Shown here: positions 48,285 through 59,577 of the stretch, piece after piece
How the letters are laid out: each line of letters opens with the position of its first letter
Position numbering within the stretch: position 1 is the stretch's first letter
Assembly (NCBI GenBank): GCA_039208735.1
Contig: JBCCQY010000008.1
Span: 1 to 64,000 of the forward strand
DNA from: Myxococcota bacterium
GTDB taxonomy: Bacteria > Myxococcota_A > UBA796 > GCA-2862545
Reading direction: 5' to 3'
Length of the DNA: 64,000 bases
Notes under the pieces: model-generated
What the model saw: the letters and a program-made list of their open reading frames with translations, nothing else
Told to the model about the DNA's origin: nothing
Databases searched by the model: none
Position numbers and translations under genes: made by a program

Positions 48285-51265
48285 CGAGCGGGGACCAGGG
48301 GCTGTGGAGCGATTTCGTAGAGCCGCAATGCTTCGGCGAGGCTCGGTGACGTCGCGGACGCCTCCCGGATCTCCTCGAGGACCGATGCCGTGAGCGGAGG
48401 CTGAGCAAGTCGGGTCAAGGCGCGCACCGCGATCGCCGCGTGGGGTGCCAGCGCCCAGCCCCGTTGTTGCAGATCATCCAACATGGAGAGGGCTTCTTGG
48501 TGCTCGTGTCGACGTAGGGCATCGCACGCGAGGTGGAGGCGTGGAGCCCAGCTACCGGGTTGTTCGCTGCATAAAGCTCGATGAGCGGAGGCCGCTTCGT
48601 CGAAGCGTCCCTGCTGGAGCGCGATTTGGCCTTGCAGCGCAAGCACGTTCTGGCGCTCGATCGCGGGGAGCTGGCCACGAAGCAAGAGGATGGCTTGCTC
48701 CTCGGCCTCGTCAGAATTGCCCATGTCGAGCTGCGAGTAGGCGTAGCGAAGGGACGCGCGCACCCATCGACTCCAGTGCCCATTGCTCGCGGCCAGCTCG
48801 ATGACCCGCTGGATGCACCGCAAGGATTCCTCGTGGCGACCCAAGGCGGTGAGCGCCTCCGCCCGGTCGATCTCGATGTCGTAGTCGAGATGACCGTCGG
48901 GCTCGGCAACGCGCCGCGCTCGGTCGGCCACGGCAATCACCTGTCGTGGATCCTCAAGCTCGTTGAGGAGCCGTCCCATCCAGAACAGCACACGGAGGTG
49001 AATGCTTGGGTGGCGCGGCACCTCGCGTTCGAGCTGGCGGAGTTCCTCGAGCAGCACCGGTCCGGGTTGGGTGTGACAACGGATACGTCCCATCAGCTCC
49101 ATGAGCCGAAATCGAGGCTCGAGGCCTTCGAGTCCTACACGCTTCGCCTCCTCCAACGCCTCCGCAGACGCGTCCATGGCCCCCACGAAGTCGCCCTGGC
49201 GCTCGCGAAGCCAGCCCCGCGCGCTCAAAATCCACGCCCGCTGTCCGGAGTCACGGCACTGGCGCAGAGTGGCCTCGATTCGCGCAGCATGCTCGTCGGG
49301 ACTCGCCTTCACCCACCGCGAAGCAAGCACGGCGTAGCCTAGACGTGCCCAATGCTCATGGGTCGGCCGGGTAAGGGGCCAGGTAGCCTTGCACTCGCGG
49401 TAGAGACGCCCCGACTCGCCACGTCCCGTTCGCTCGGCCGCCCGACGCAAGGCGACGGCAAGGGTGCTGGCCTCGTGAGGCCGATCCGTTTGTCGCGCCC
49501 ACTGCAGCGCCTGGCAGACGTCGGGTTCGAGCGCGGAGAACTTGGCGATATCGGCGGACGGGGCGTCCGCACCGATGACGGGCTCGGCGAAGGCCAGAAC
49601 CCAGGCCAGGTGTCGATCGTGGGTCGCACGCAGTTGAGCCGGGTCGGACTCGAGCAGCTCACGGGCCAGCTCGCGCACGCTGTCGAGAAGTCCGAACCGG
49701 GGCGCGTGAGAGGTCTCGCGGGTCACATCGACAAGCGAACACTCCACCAGCTCCCGAAGGCGTTCCAACCACCCGCTCCCGAGAGCACGCGGGATGACGG
49801 CTTGTGCGGATGCCAAGGTGAAGGGAGTACGAAACACTCCGAGCTGCGCGAGCAAAGAGCGTTCCCGTTCGTCGAGTTGTTCGACCGACCACATCAGCGC
49901 GGATCGAAGACTGCTCCACGGGCTGGCCGTCGACTCGCCCTGCAGCAGCGAGAACCGATCGCCGATGCGCCTGGACAGCTCATGTACGCTCATCAAAGCG
50001 AGGTGACGACCTGCGAGTTCAAGCGCCAGGGGCAGGCCGTCGAGCCTGTCGACGGCCAATCGTTCGGCGTCGCGGCGCTCGGCTTCATTGGGCCGCCAGT
50101 GAACGCCCGGTCGCTTCGCGGCATACAGCATCAACTTCACCGCCTCAGGCCCTCCGAGGCCCTCGAGGACGAGCACCTGCTCGTGAGGCACGTTCAGCCT
50201 TCGCCGAGACGTCACGACGATGTGCGTGTTCGGCCGGTTCAGGAACGCGCGCTCGAGAAGGGTCCGAAGTCCGTCGGTGACGAGATCGGCTGCATCGAAG
50301 ACCACAATGTGCTCACCTCGATGCTGAAGGGCCAGCGCAATCGACGCGTCTTGGGAACGCGAGGCATCGTCGACGAGTCCGTAGCTTCCCAGCGTTGCCG
50401 CGAGCAGTCCGTCCTCAGTCCGCACCCGACCGAGTTCAACCCAGACCTGCAGGGTGCCGGAGCGTGCGATCTGCAGCGCCTCGCGCACGAGTCGCGTCTT
50501 CCCCATCCCGCCAGGTCCAACCACGGTGAGCAACCCCGGTGGACCGTCGAGGAACCGTCGCAAGGTCGCCATTTCATTGGCACGCCCTACAAAGTCTCCC
50601 TGCACGGGTTGCGTCACCTGCGGGGTCGCCACCGTCGCGGGGACCAACTCGTAGCCTTGCCCCGATCGATTCACGAGATGTTGCGGTGCCGTAGGATCGA
50701 CCTCAATCTTCTCCCGCAGGCGCTGAATTGAAACGTAGGGTGCGCGGGACCGCGAGCGGGGGTGGTACCCCCAAACGTCCGACAACAGCACACCAAGCGG
50801 TGCGGGCCGATCTCGCAGAGCCAAAAACGACAGCAATCGATGCTCGAGTGCGGTCAGGGAGGTCGCGGGTCGGTCGAGGCGAACCACACGGTGGTGGGTC
50901 AAGTCGATGGTGCCGTCGTGCAGGGGTATCGACGTCGCCGCCGCGCCCTCGTCTGTCGATGCGAAGATGTAGCCTTGATTCTTAATGAACCGCAGGTGGA
51001 TCGCCTCGCGGGGGTCGGGCTAGATCTTGCGCCGGAGTCGCCAGACAGCCTGGTGCACCACCCGAGAGGTCTTGCCCCGACGTGCCTTCCAGACGGTTTG
51101 CCACAGCTCGGACACGGCTACGGGACCTGTGGCCTTCCACAAAACCGCCAGGAGCTGGCACTCGAGGTCACTTAAGCGCACCGGCAAGCCGTGACGGCGC
51201 ATCACCCATTGCTTCTCGAGATCGATCTTTCCATCGGTCAGCAGAATGACTCTGGGCCACGACAT
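48281..51265 (-). CDS. Tandem winged-helix / STAND NTPase / TPR regulator with one in-frame TAG (51020-51022)
   Basis: Two OmpR-type wHTH domains in one frame (RLRRKI*PDP and RLREKIEVDP); GPGGMGKT, DGLPLALELA; TPR-like C-terminus. Confidence 0.8.
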
Positions 51266-51591
51266 GGCGGAAGGTAGCACCGCATGGGGTGGTTGGGAAG
51301 TGACACCTCACGAGCGTGGGAGAGATACAGTCACTTGCTGACTAAATTCTTCAAACCTGCATCCTGGCCGCTGTCCTTTCGGTTGTCGTGCAGAGAATCG
51401 TGCACCGATGTGATGGCGTGCCGCGAAGAGCCGTCGCCCGAGGCAGCCGCCGAGTTTCGAAGTCTAAAACCATTAAAATTCCAGACGAGCCGATTGGCTC
51501 AGTCTGCGCGGAACGATGGCCCCCGCATTGACATGATGGCCAAGAACGCCAAAGCTCTGCAGCGGCTCGCATCGGGGCCGAGGAGGGTGCA

Positions 51592-53757
51592 ATGGTTCGA
51601 AGGATGGCGAGCATCGCCTTGTTGAGCGTTCTTGTGGCGAGCTCGGTCGCGGATGCGCAGGTCGTCGACATCGGGATCTCGACCGGGGATTGGGTTGGCA
51701 ATCCAACCACGCTGACCGGTGGGTTTTCGGAGGTGACCAACGCTGCGAATGTCTCCATCGAGGTCAACGGAGTTTTGGCGAGCGTCGTGCCCGATCCCTT
51801 CGACAATACGCGGGGCACGTGGAGCTTGGCGTTCTCCAACCTAAGCTTCTCGTCGCAAACGCCGCAGCACAAGCTCAAGGCCTTCCTTTACGAAGGGCTG
51901 GACCCCGACCCGCATGCCATTGATCGCGTCACCTACTACGACACTGCGGACAGCTACTCGTTCACGCGTACGCCGGGCACCCTCCTGCACACGAACGGTG
52001 TGCACGTGCGACTCAATGAAATGGGCACGTTCGATGTCTTCGAGGCCCTAGTGGCAGCAGGGGCCAAGTCCTGGGGCGATGACCTCGAAGAGCATCTCGA
52101 TCCCGACAATCCCGTCGATTTCGACCCTCCGGTGTCCCCCTGCGCTACATTGGCAGCATTAGGACTTAGTTTCAACGATCTGGGGCTGGATTCGACCAGC
52201 TTCGGAATCTCGACGTGGCCTGCGAATGCCCCCAGTCCTGTCGGGGTCAGCGTATGTGTCGATCGATTCCGCTTCGACCCGACCGCAATCGACACCGAGA
52301 GCATTGCGGACCCGCCGGACTTGGACGGGGATGGGGCAGCGGATGCCTTCCTCGAACTCGACAGCCGGGTGGGGGCGCTCCATGTCGACACGACGGCCGG
52401 CCCCGTGTCGATGAGTGGCGACCTCACGTTCTGGCTCGACGTCAACATCGACGTGTCGCTGGCCTTTGTCGTTCCACTTCCCGTCGGCGTCAGCCTGACG
52501 GCGGTCGACAACGTCAAAACCAGCTGTTCGGCGACGGCGACAATGGATCACTTTAAAGCCGTTGCCGACCTCAATCTCGAGCCGGACCCGGCCGAGCCAG
52601 GGCGAATCAAGGCCGAGCCCATCCCAGGAACCACGAACATCATCATGGGGCCGGTCGGTGTCACGGCCACGGGCCTGTGTGGTGCCTTGGCATCCTTTGC
52701 GAACGTCCCGGAGCCGACCGCACAAGCGTTGTCACCCGTGATCACCATGGCGGCGGATGGCGATCCGTCTGACCCCGATGACAACGGCTTCGTAGCGAAC
52801 CAGTTCGCGCAGTTCATCGACGATTGGGAGCCGGTAGAACCCATCGAACTCGAGTTTCTCGAGAACTCTGCGACAATCAATCCTCAGGGGGCCTTCTCCT
52901 TCATTGATGAGGATGCCGATGGCATCACCACCACCATCAAGACGAAGTTCGCCGTCGACACATATTCGGGTACCCGGGACGCGGTGCGGCAAGAGCCCGA
53001 TGTCTACCTGCAGGACAACCACGCCGAGAACTTCGATCCCGTCTCGCCACAGGGCCATCCCTACATGTTCGCACCTGCCATTTCCGCAGGTACGATGACG
53101 CAATTCCTGCATGCGGCATACCACTCCGGTCTGCTCCACACGTCGCTGACGGAACTCGATTTCGAGAGCTTGGGGATTTGTCTGGATGATGGTGCGGGCG
53201 GCTGCTTGACCGGCCCCCAGTCCATCACGGCCGGCACCCTCACCGAGGTATTCCCGGGCCTGGATAGCGTCTTGAGCTTTTCCAGTCTCAAGTTGGAGAT
53301 TCGTTCGGGATTCGGGCTTCCGCCGGTCGTCGTCGTGGACGACGTCCCGGGCACGGCCCGACTCAAAATCTCGGCGATGCACTACACCGTTGCCATCTAC
53401 TTCCGAGACTCCGCGCCAGGAGCCGAACCCCTCCTCTCGTATGTCGGTGACCTCTTTGGGTACATCGACCTCTCCACGGACTCACAAGGCGAGTTGGTCG
53501 TGCGGCCGAACGTGGCGGTCACGCTGGGGGCGGGGCGAAGCATCGGGACTGTGCTGAGCGTCCAGCCGCCGATTGCGGCTTACCAAGACGAGGTCAACGA
53601 GGCGCTCGAGTCACTGATACCCGATGTCGTCGCGCTGTCGCCGCTTCCGAGCCTCAGCGTCGATGACGGCACAACGACGGCGAACTTCTTGCCGCTCGAT
53701 GTCGAGACCCAGACCAACGACGAAACGCTCTACCTCGATCTCATGCTCGCACCGTAG
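51592..53757 (+). CDS. Secreted acidic hypothetical protein (possible LBP/BPI-like C-terminal fold)
   Basis: Signal peptide ending ADA; 721 aa, Asp-rich, beta-rich, paired Cys. Confidence 0.7.
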   Translation: MVRRMASIALLSVLVASSVADAQVVDIGISTGDWVGNPTTLTGGFSEVTNAANVSIEVNGVLASVVPDPFDNTRGTWSLAFSNLSFSSQTPQHKLKAFLYEGLDPDPHAIDRVTYYDTADSYSFTRTPGTLLHTNGVHVRLNEMGTFDVFEALVAAGAKSWGDDLEEHLDPDNPVDFDPPVSPCATLAALGLSFNDLGLDSTSFGISTWPANAPSPVGVSVCVDRFRFDPTAIDTESIADPPDLDGDGAADAFLELDSRVGALHVDTTAGPVSMSGDLTFWLDVNIDVSLAFVVPLPVGVSLTAVDNVKTSCSATATMDHFKAVADLNLEPDPAEPGRIKAEPIPGTTNIIMGPVGVTATGLCGALASFANVPEPTAQALSPVITMAADGDPSDPDDNGFVANQFAQFIDDWEPVEPIELEFLENSATINPQGAFSFIDEDADGITTTIKTKFAVDTYSGTRDAVRQEPDVYLQDNHAENFDPVSPQGHPYMFAPAISAGTMTQFLHAAYHSGLLHTSLTELDFESLGICLDDGAGGCLTGPQSITAGTLTEVFPGLDSVLSFSSLKLEIRSGFGLPPVVVVDDVPGTARLKISAMHYTVAIYFRDSAPGAEPLLSYVGDLFGYIDLSTDSQGELVVRPNVAVTLGAGRSIGTVLSVQPPIAAYQDEVNEALESLIPDVVALSPLPSLSVDDGTTTANFLPLDVETQTNDETLYLDLMLAP

Positions 53758-53837
53758 TTCGATGGCCGACCCAACCCGCGCAGTGTGGGGAGCCCTCCGG
53801 CGGGGCTCAAGACGACGGATCGCCAAAGGGGGGCAGG

Positions 53838-55181
53838 TTGACCCAGCTCTTTACACTCGTGGATGGCAGTATCGACTTGCACGGTGGACGAATTCGAAGG
53901 GAGGGATCAAACGAGACCCGGATGACGGAAATGGAACACCGTCTGGTGTCCTACCTCGCCCAGCGTGCTTCGCCGGCTCCTGTCGACGAGCTGCTTCGTG
54001 AGGTCTGGGGCTACCACGAGCGCGTCCGTAGCCGCTCCCCCTACGTGATCATCCAACGCCTCCGGAAGAAGATCGAGCTCGAGCCGTCATCTCCTCGCCA
54101 TCTGTTGTGCATTCAGGGACAGGGCTATGTGCTGAGACCGAAGGGCGGTCCGACGGTCGAGCTTCCGCCCCCCTCGCCACTGGCTGAGGACCTGGTCGGG
54201 CGTGCCGAATCGCTGCGTTCGCTCCACCAAGCGGTCGAAGCGGGATGCCGCTGGCTGACCATCCATGCTGGCGCAGGCGTGGGCAAGACGCGGCTCGCGT
54301 TGGAGTTCCTGGCCACCCGACCCTCGATGTCGGTAGACCGCGACGTTCTGCTTCGCCTCGGCCCACACGACAGTCACGCGACGACCCTGGCCTCCCTTCA
54401 CGCGGTCTACGCCGCAACAGGTTCGGATGCGTCGGGGGCGAATGTTCTGCTAAAGACGATCGCCGAACGAGGCCGTCACGTGCTCGTCATCGATGGGGCG
54501 GAGGGCCTTCACGCGACGCTCGCTCCGCGGCTCGATCGCATTGTGGAGTCTACCCGCGACGTCACGCTGCTCGTCACGTCGCGCGTGGTCCTCCGCGGCA
54601 TCCACGAGACGCGATTCACGCTCCCACCACTCGATCGTGCCTCTGCGGGACGCCTGCTCCGCAGCCGAGGACGTCGGTGCGGCTGGGAAACCCGCGACGA
54701 ACCCGCAACCACCGCGCGGCTGGAACGTCTTGCCCACGGCAATCTCGAGGGCAATCCCTTGGCCATCGAACTCGCCGCGTCGAGGCTACCCGTTTTGGGG
54801 CTCTCGGGTCTGGCCGAGGCGCTGAAGGACCGGTTTCGAGTCCTTCGGACGCAGGCACCGAGCTACCGGTTCAACAGTCTCCAGGCCTCGCTCGAGTGGT
54901 CCTGGAAGCTCCTGGACGAAGGCGAGCGGACCTTTCTGAAACAGATCGCCTTGCTCAACAGCCCCTTCACGGTCGCCGAAGTCGAGGCGCTCCCCTTCGA
55001 CCACGAAACGTGGACCATCGACATGCTCCAGGCAATGGTGAACCACAGCTTCGTGCAGCCCGACCAAAGTGCCGACCCGCCTAAGTTCCGGATGCTGGAT
55101 TCCGCCCGTGAGTTCGTTTCGCAGCGCGAGGAGGCTGCTGCACGCCGCGGTCTCGACCCTGAACCATCAGGGAACGATTAG
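53838..55181 (+). CDS. Winged-helix plus STAND-type NTPase regulator lacking the TPR region
   Basis: ELLREVWGY..RSPYVIIQRLRKKIE, GAGVGKTRLA, GNPLAIELAA, ends soon after FRMLDSAREF. Confidence 0.82.
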   Translation: MTQLFTLVDGSIDLHGGRIRREGSNETRMTEMEHRLVSYLAQRASPAPVDELLREVWGYHERVRSRSPYVIIQRLRKKIELEPSSPRHLLCIQGQGYVLRPKGGPTVELPPPSPLAEDLVGRAESLRSLHQAVEAGCRWLTIHAGAGVGKTRLALEFLATRPSMSVDRDVLLRLGPHDSHATTLASLHAVYAATGSDASGANVLLKTIAERGRHVLVIDGAEGLHATLAPRLDRIVESTRDVTLLVTSRVVLRGIHETRFTLPPLDRASAGRLLRSRGRRCGWETRDEPATTARLERLAHGNLEGNPLAIELAASRLPVLGLSGLAEALKDRFRVLRTQAPSYRFNSLQASLEWSWKLLDEGERTFLKQIALLNSPFTVAEVEALPFDHETWTIDMLQAMVNHSFVQPDQSADPPKFRMLDSAREFVSQREEAAARRGLDPEPSGND

Positions 55182-55955
55182 CCCGCCACCCTCGCCGTCA
55201 CCGTTGCCGTCCCGATCCTCAGTACAGATCGGGTCATCGGGCAGATTAACGGTGATGCGGCAGGTTCCTTCACATTCGATTCGACACTTGTCCAAGGCCG
55301 CAATGTAGTCTCCAACGCAACTCCCAAACCAGGTACCCTGCAGGAAGAAGCAATCGGCATTGGCCTGCCTTGCGGCATCGGCAGCCTGGATCGGACAGTT
55401 CACACTCGGATCCCCCTCGGGCGACGACAGCGTCTCGGAGGTGGCCTCGACACCGGTAATCCAGACCTGTTCATTGTTTCCATCGAGCTCCACCGATGCA
55501 TCCATGGAGACCGCGGCAGCCGGGGCGACCGCCCGGACGGTGAGAACCGCGTAGTCCCCGTCGGTCATCGGCTCGGTCTCGTTGGCGGTGGCAAGGACGC
55601 TGCCGGACGCATCGAGGAACCTGACCGTCGCGGACACATCAGGGGTGCCCGTCATGGCGAGCGCAGTCACCGCTAGCGTGACATCCCGTTCCCCGAACGG
55701 AAGGGAGACCTGCCGGAACAGTCGCTGCGTCGTCGAGTCACCGGTGACCAGAACCCCGTCGTCGGTAGCATTGCCGCAGCTCTCAAACGACAAGGGAGTC
55801 GCCGCATCGCTCCATCCGAATTCACAGTCTCCCACCCAGGCACTGCTGCACGTCGCAGTCAGGTCGTCTCCAAAGTCTTCGTCGATCAGCGTGGTCGCCG
55901 AAGCGGTGACCGGCAACAGCAGCCCCAGCACAATCGAACACATGCGAACGGACAT
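55167..55955 (-). CDS. Secreted protein with beta-sandwich (CBM-like) and Cys-rich domains
   Basis: Signal peptide ending ASA; VRFLDASG, APAAAVS; six Cys in the tail; GGAGG RBS. Confidence 0.65.
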   Translation of the reverse strand: MSVRMCSIVLGLLLPVTASATTLIDEDFGDDLTATCSSAWVGDCEFGWSDAATPLSFESCGNATDDGVLVTGDSTTQRLFRQVSLPFGERDVTLAVTALAMTGTPDVSATVRFLDASGSVLATANETEPMTDGDYAVLTVRAVAPAAAVSMDASVELDGNNEQVWITGVEATSETLSSPEGDPSVNCPIQAADAARQANADCFFLQGTWFGSCVGDYIAALDKCRIECEGTCRITVNLPDDPICTEDRDGNGDGEGGGLIVP

Positions 55956-56482
55956 CGATCCTCCAAGGTTTGGTGCAGCAGACGGACGACGTTCGCCCCG
56001 CGGCCGCAGACGGAGAAGACCAAATCCTGTGTGAAACACGAAGTTTCACGCATTCAATCTGCGCGCCCGACCGCGTATGGCGCGCACCTCGGAGCGGTCG
56101 GGTCGGCGTCGTTGAACGGATGCAACAGAGGTTCGAATGCAACGATCGGGGCGAGCCTCTCGGCTACCATGATGGAACGTCTGTCGCAGGGATGATGCGG
56201 ACCCGCCCACCGTAGGAATGGCCTGCACCGTCCACGTTGCCCGTGGTGAGTTGCGTTCTCGAGGTCCCGATCCGCGGTGAAGGGTCCATGAGACCGTACA
56301 GCGAGGAGGGGTCGTTGCTCCGAATGATACCATGCGGCAAATGTTCGCCTATCCTCGCCGTAGCGACGTTCGGGGATCGGGCGTCGGCACTACACGCACA
56401 AGTCGATGGTGATAACCAGCGAACTCTACACTGCACCACCAACATTGAAGGGATGATTCAAGCGGGACCGTCAAGCATGGAC

Positions 56483-56938
56483 TTAGTTGAACAAACAGTT
56501 TGGCAACGTCAACCACTGCCAGTCCGTGTTGTTGGATTCGTTCGACTCCGACACCTCGTCTTCGGTATCCACAATGGCATCGGCATACGCCGATTGGCCA
56601 TCCAAACCGGGCAAGAAGAACCGCGCAGTCGCCGTTCCTCCGGCCGGCACGCGAACGAGTCGGTACTGTTCACCAATGTCACCAAGGGATGGAATGGTGG
56701 GCGAACCCCACCAGAAATCGACGTAGGTTTCCGCATCAATGATGCCGTCATTGGCGACGGTCACGTATACGATTGGGTCACCCCCCAGCCCCGTGCAGCC
56801 AACGGAGAAGGACTGAATCGTGAAGTCGGCCTGCACGTTGAAGTTGCAGAGGGCTGGATTCAGCAGGCAGGGTGAAGGCGTAGGAAACGACTGCGCGGCG
56901 GCTCCGCCAGTCCCAAAGAGAATCGAGAGGGTCAGCAT
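56483..56938 (-). CDS. Secreted CARDB (Ig-like) domain protein
   Basis: VTVANDG...AIVDTEDEVSESNESNN; AAGGAG RBS. Confidence 0.8.
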   Translation of the reverse strand: MLTLSILFGTGGAAAQSFPTPSPCLLNPALCNFNVQADFTIQSFSVGCTGLGGDPIVYVTVANDGIIDAETYVDFWWGSPTIPSLGDIGEQYRLVRVPAGGTATARFFLPGLDGQSAYADAIVDTEDEVSESNESNNTDWQWLTLPNCLFN

Positions 56939-57202
56939 GGGTACTCCTTCCTTAAGCGGGCTCAATCCCGAGAAAGAAGTACCGAGTGAACCGAGTCAGC
57001 GTTGTGATCCTCTTGTGATCGAAGTGTGATGGACCTTAAACGCTAGCTCGGTGGTTTGCAGGACTGAGACGCACCCGTTCGCGGTTGCGATCGAAGCACC
57101 GCATCCCGTCCGCCGGTGGGGAACGACTGCAGTTTCTGCACAACTTTGGTTTCCAGTGCGCTGCATAGGCCAGAGCGCGAATGCTCGAAATCGGGAGTGT
57201 GC

Positions 57203-58222
57203 ATGACACGGGTTTTCAACTTGGGCATGGGTTCCGCCATCTTCTTGGCGGCACTGGGGTGCATTGGTGCGCCCGCCGAGCGTGGGCCGGAGGTGTGCAA
57301 CGGGCTCGACGATGACGGTGACGACGTGGTCGACAACGACCCTATCGACGGGGACATGTGGTTCGAAGACGCAGATGGCGATGGGTTTGGTGATCCGGAG
57401 ACGGAACGCCGCTTCTGCGGGGAGCCAGACGACGACGCCAATCGCGTGCAGAATGGACGCGACTGTGATGACATCCGTGTCGACATCTTTCCAGGGGCAC
57501 CAGAGCGCTGCAACGATGTAGACGAGGCCTGTGACGGGGTAGGGGCCGATGCCGATGCCGACGGCGACATGTGGCGCATCTGCGAGGGAGACTGCAACGA
57601 CGACGATCCCAATGTCTTTCCGGGCGCCCTTGAACGATGCAACAACCTAGACGACGACTGTGATGGGGTAGCCGAAACCCCCGAGGCGTATCTCGATGAC
57701 GACAATGACGGGTTCCGCATCTGCGACAACGACTGCGACGATGAGGACCCTACCGTTCGACCCTCCATTGCGGTCGACGTCTGTGACGGTCGCGATGAAG
57801 ACTGCGACGGAATTGCCGACCCCGACCAAGACGAATGGGAGCCCAACAACGACCTTCGGGAGGCTCCTCGAATCTCGGGCGACAATGAGCGTGTGACCAT
57901 CACAGCAGCGTTCTCGAGTCCCCTCGATGAAGCGGATGTGTTTTTCGTAGAAACGGTGAATGATACCGAATTCCTAACGAATTCGTTCTACATGTACGCG
58001 TTCATCGAAGACCTCCCCGAGGGTCTGGAAGTCGAGCTGGCACTCTGGCACAACGACGAACTGTGGGCGGTCGACAGCGATGACAGCAACGGCATTGGGC
58101 TCTACTACGAGGCGTTCCCCATCGGGTCCGGCGGTGGCGGAAACTTCCACGTCGAAGTTCGTCTGTTAGGCGGGGAACGGTGTAATGCTCCCTATCGGCT
58201 CGTAGTCGACAACGGGGGTTGA
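57203..58222 (+). CDS. Lipoprotein with Cys/Asp-rich putative metal-binding (MopE-like) repeats
   Basis: Lipobox ALGC; repeated DCxDxD...PGA.ERCN..D.DCDG; C-terminal EPNND PPC-like domain. Confidence 0.85.
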   Translation: MTRVFNLGMGSAIFLAALGCIGAPAERGPEVCNGLDDDGDDVVDNDPIDGDMWFEDADGDGFGDPETERRFCGEPDDDANRVQNGRDCDDIRVDIFPGAPERCNDVDEACDGVGADADADGDMWRICEGDCNDDDPNVFPGALERCNNLDDDCDGVAETPEAYLDDDNDGFRICDNDCDDEDPTVRPSIAVDVCDGRDEDCDGIADPDQDEWEPNNDLREAPRISGDNERVTITAAFSSPLDEADVFFVETVNDTEFLTNSFYMYAFIEDLPEGLEVELALWHNDELWAVDSDDSNGIGLYYEAFPIGSGGGGNFHVEVRLLGGERCNAPYRLVVDNGG

Positions 58223-58284
58223 CCCTCATTGGTCATCCGGACCTTCCCTACTTGTGTGCCAATGTCACAGGTCGATGCACATCC

Positions 58285-58992
58285 CTACTTGATCACGTAG
58301 TCATTGCGATGAATTGCGACAGGGCGTCCAGCGGACGCGAAGTGCACGATTTCGGTGCAGAATTCGCCTACGGAATCCGAGCCAAACTCGGGGCGAGGCC
58401 CGGTCACCCGAAACCGCCGTGCGGTGCGTTCGCCATTGAGCCACATGTACGGCGGGCCGGGATAGGTGATTTCACCAAGGTCTTCGAGATCTGCGACCAC
58501 TTCGGCGTGCGAACCCACGTCGTCTGCGTACCCGACGATGGGAAACGGCTCGTCAAACGCCGCCGTCCGAAGCTGGTACTGAAGCGCATAGTCTTGGCCG
58601 TAGCGCATACCTAGCGGCCACGACGCATCGAATCGACTGCGGGCAGCTCGTTGAAAGACGTCGAAGGCGTGCGCGTAGTGGTTCATCAGCGCGCACAGGA
58701 CGTAGCCCAAGCGCGGCTTAGGCGACGAGCGCTCGAGGAGGACCACCAAAACGGACGTGGCTCGCTCATTCCATCTCGGGCCCTGCCCCAAGAATGCATC
58801 GCCCAGGGCTGAGCCGTCCTCGGGCCGATCGAGGGCCGCGGCCAGGGCTTGGGCGTGCTCGCGAACCAGGGCCACGTGGCCCTCGAGCTGAGCATCACGA
58901 ATCACGGCGAGCCGGTCAAAGGGGTCGAGTTTGGGCATCAGGTCACCAGACGCCTCTTCCACGACCTGCTCCAGGCCGTCAAGCACCGCCAA
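58285..58992 (-). CDS. Hypothetical protein
   Basis: 235-aa ORF with GGAGG RBS and protein-like composition. Confidence 0.55.
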   Translation of the reverse strand: MAVLDGLEQVVEEASGDLMPKLDPFDRLAVIRDAQLEGHVALVREHAQALAAALDRPEDGSALGDAFLGQGPRWNERATSVLVVLLERSSPKPRLGYVLCALMNHYAHAFDVFQRAARSRFDASWPLGMRYGQDYALQYQLRTAAFDEPFPIVGYADDVGSHAEVVADLEDLGEITYPGPPYMWLNGERTARRFRVTGPRPEFGSDSVGEFCTEIVHFASAGRPVAIHRNDYVIK

Positions 58993-59040
58993 CGACCCTC
59001 CGATGGCCGGAAGGACGTCATGGATGTCACCAGGTGGTTG

Positions 59041-59448
59041 TCAGAAGATCCACTCGTCAAGGTAGCAAGCTACCTTAAAGCGGTCGCAGAGGACACAGAT
59101 AGCGCACAACTGCTCTTCGATTGGCGCCATGGGATCTTCACGATTGTCATTGATCTGCCATGCTTGCCAATTGCCTGACGGCCAGACTACGACTTCGCCT
59201 CGGTAGAGCATCTCTCCGTTCGACGTCTGGAGTGGCGTGGTCCAAGCGATGTAGGGTTGCTGTCTCTGATGGTTCGTGTCTGAGCACTCAGCGTCAATGA
59301 TGCCATCGGGGTCGGACATGGAGGGGCCCCCGCAGTCGACGATGGTCTCCCCGTCACGAGTTTCAAATACCTCTTTGAGTTCCTCGATGGGGTCGAGTGT
59401 CTCGACTTCCGTACACGCAAAGGTGGTAAGGGCCACAACAAGCGACAT
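59041..59448 (-). CDS. Small hypothetical lipoprotein
   Basis: GGAGG RBS; ALTTFAC lipobox-like; Cys-containing. Confidence 0.6.
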   Translation of the reverse strand: MSLVVALTTFACTEVETLDPIEELKEVFETRDGETIVDCGGPSMSDPDGIIDAECSDTNHQRQQPYIAWTTPLQTSNGEMLYRGEVVVWPSGNWQAWQINDNREDPMAPIEEQLCAICVLCDRFKVACYLDEWIF

Positions 59449-59577
59449 TCTTCCTCCAAACCTTGCCAAGCAGCGGTGGGTGCAGTCCTATGGGGCTTCG
59501 CTGGGGCTCGGTGCAAACCTGCTGCGGCGTTCTTGACAGAAATGGCATCCGTTCCATCGACCCGAAAGCGCGGGCCG

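Noticed and set aside
39944..51022. Genome-wide TAG recoding (alternative genetic code)
   Set aside because: Many clearly complete genes here end in TAG (e.g. at 5046, 10787, 18930, 44786, 53757), so TAG is a normal stop.
57290..57840. Tandem DNA repeats
   Set aside because: They are degenerate protein-level Cys/Asp repeats within a CDS, not an independent element.
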